From Nitrosomonas europaea (GTDB taxonomy: Bacteria > Pseudomonadota > Gammaproteobacteria > Burkholderiales > Nitrosomonadaceae), in contig NZ_FUWK01000017.1 in NCBI RefSeq assembly GCF_900167395.1, positions 15,411 to 47,410 of the forward strand: 32,000 nucleotides of DNA, read 5' to 3'. How positions within the stretch are numbered: position 1 is the first letter of the stretch; each line of letters opens with the position of its first letter. Positions 31,763-32,000 of this stretch are shown piece after piece. The notes under the pieces were generated by a model. It had not been told where the DNA came from, searched no databases, and was given only the letters and a program-made list of their open reading frames with translations. The position numbers were made by a program, and so were the translations under genes.

Positions 31763-32000
31763 ATGAAACGCTATGAATTGAACAGGGAGCAATGGCGTCG
31801 AATAGAGCCGTTTATACCGGGTAAAATTGGGGATCGTGGCCGACATGGCGCGGATAATCTATTGTTTATAAATGGTGTTTTATGGGTTTTACGCTCTGGT
31901 GCGCACTGGCATGACCTGCCGGAGCGGTATGGCAAATGGAAAACTGCTCACAAACGCTTTACGCGGTGGGCACAGGCCGGTATTTGGGAAAAGATATTCG
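31763..32000 (+). mobile_element. IS5-family (IS427/IS1031-like) transposase, N-terminal part; runs off the window
   Basis: MKRYELNREQWRRIEPFIPGK...GADNLLFINGVLWVLRSGAHWHDLPERYGKWKTAHKRFTRWAQAGIWEKIF is the conserved N-terminal (DUF4096-type) domain of this IS group. The left IS terminus was not determined; it lies somewhere in AT-rich 31590-31760. Confidence 0.85.

Noticed and set aside
1-32000. CRISPR arrays, tRNA, rRNA, tmRNA
   Set aside because: I saw no regularly spaced direct repeats and no cloverleaf-compatible or rRNA-like segments. The only repeats are the families listed above.

Overview
This is a proteobacterial chromosome segment of about 50% G+C. The gene content fits a beta-proteobacterium, possibly a nitrosomonad, but that is a guess. 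From left to right the window holds five blocks. (1) A G+C-rich fecI-fecR-(fecA) iron-signalling cassette lies on the minus strand; fecR carries an in-frame TGA, and a 171-bp MITE-like element separates fecR from the receptor gene. (2) Housekeeping genes follow: gdhA, slt, cca, a fused ABC exporter and dapF. (3) An 11.7-kb single-strand, translationally coupled type IV filament / T2SS-like cluster comes next. It encodes a GspG-like pseudopilin, a GspF/PilC platform, a GspE/PilB ATPase and PilM/N/O/P-like proteins. It also encodes a lipoprotein-TPR-secretin-cohesin-like fusion, three further GspG-like pseudopilins and a TPR lipoprotein. It fits neither canonical T2SS nor T4aP organisation and is the best candidate here for an undescribed system. 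(4) The flagellar filament genes fliC-flaG-fliD-fliS-fliT follow. (5) Around the flagellar genes lies an accessory patch with five intact type II toxin-antitoxin modules, an orphan antitoxin and several decayed TA genes. The patch also holds short repeat families and the start of an IS5-family element at the right edge. I found no rRNA, tRNA or CRISPR array.
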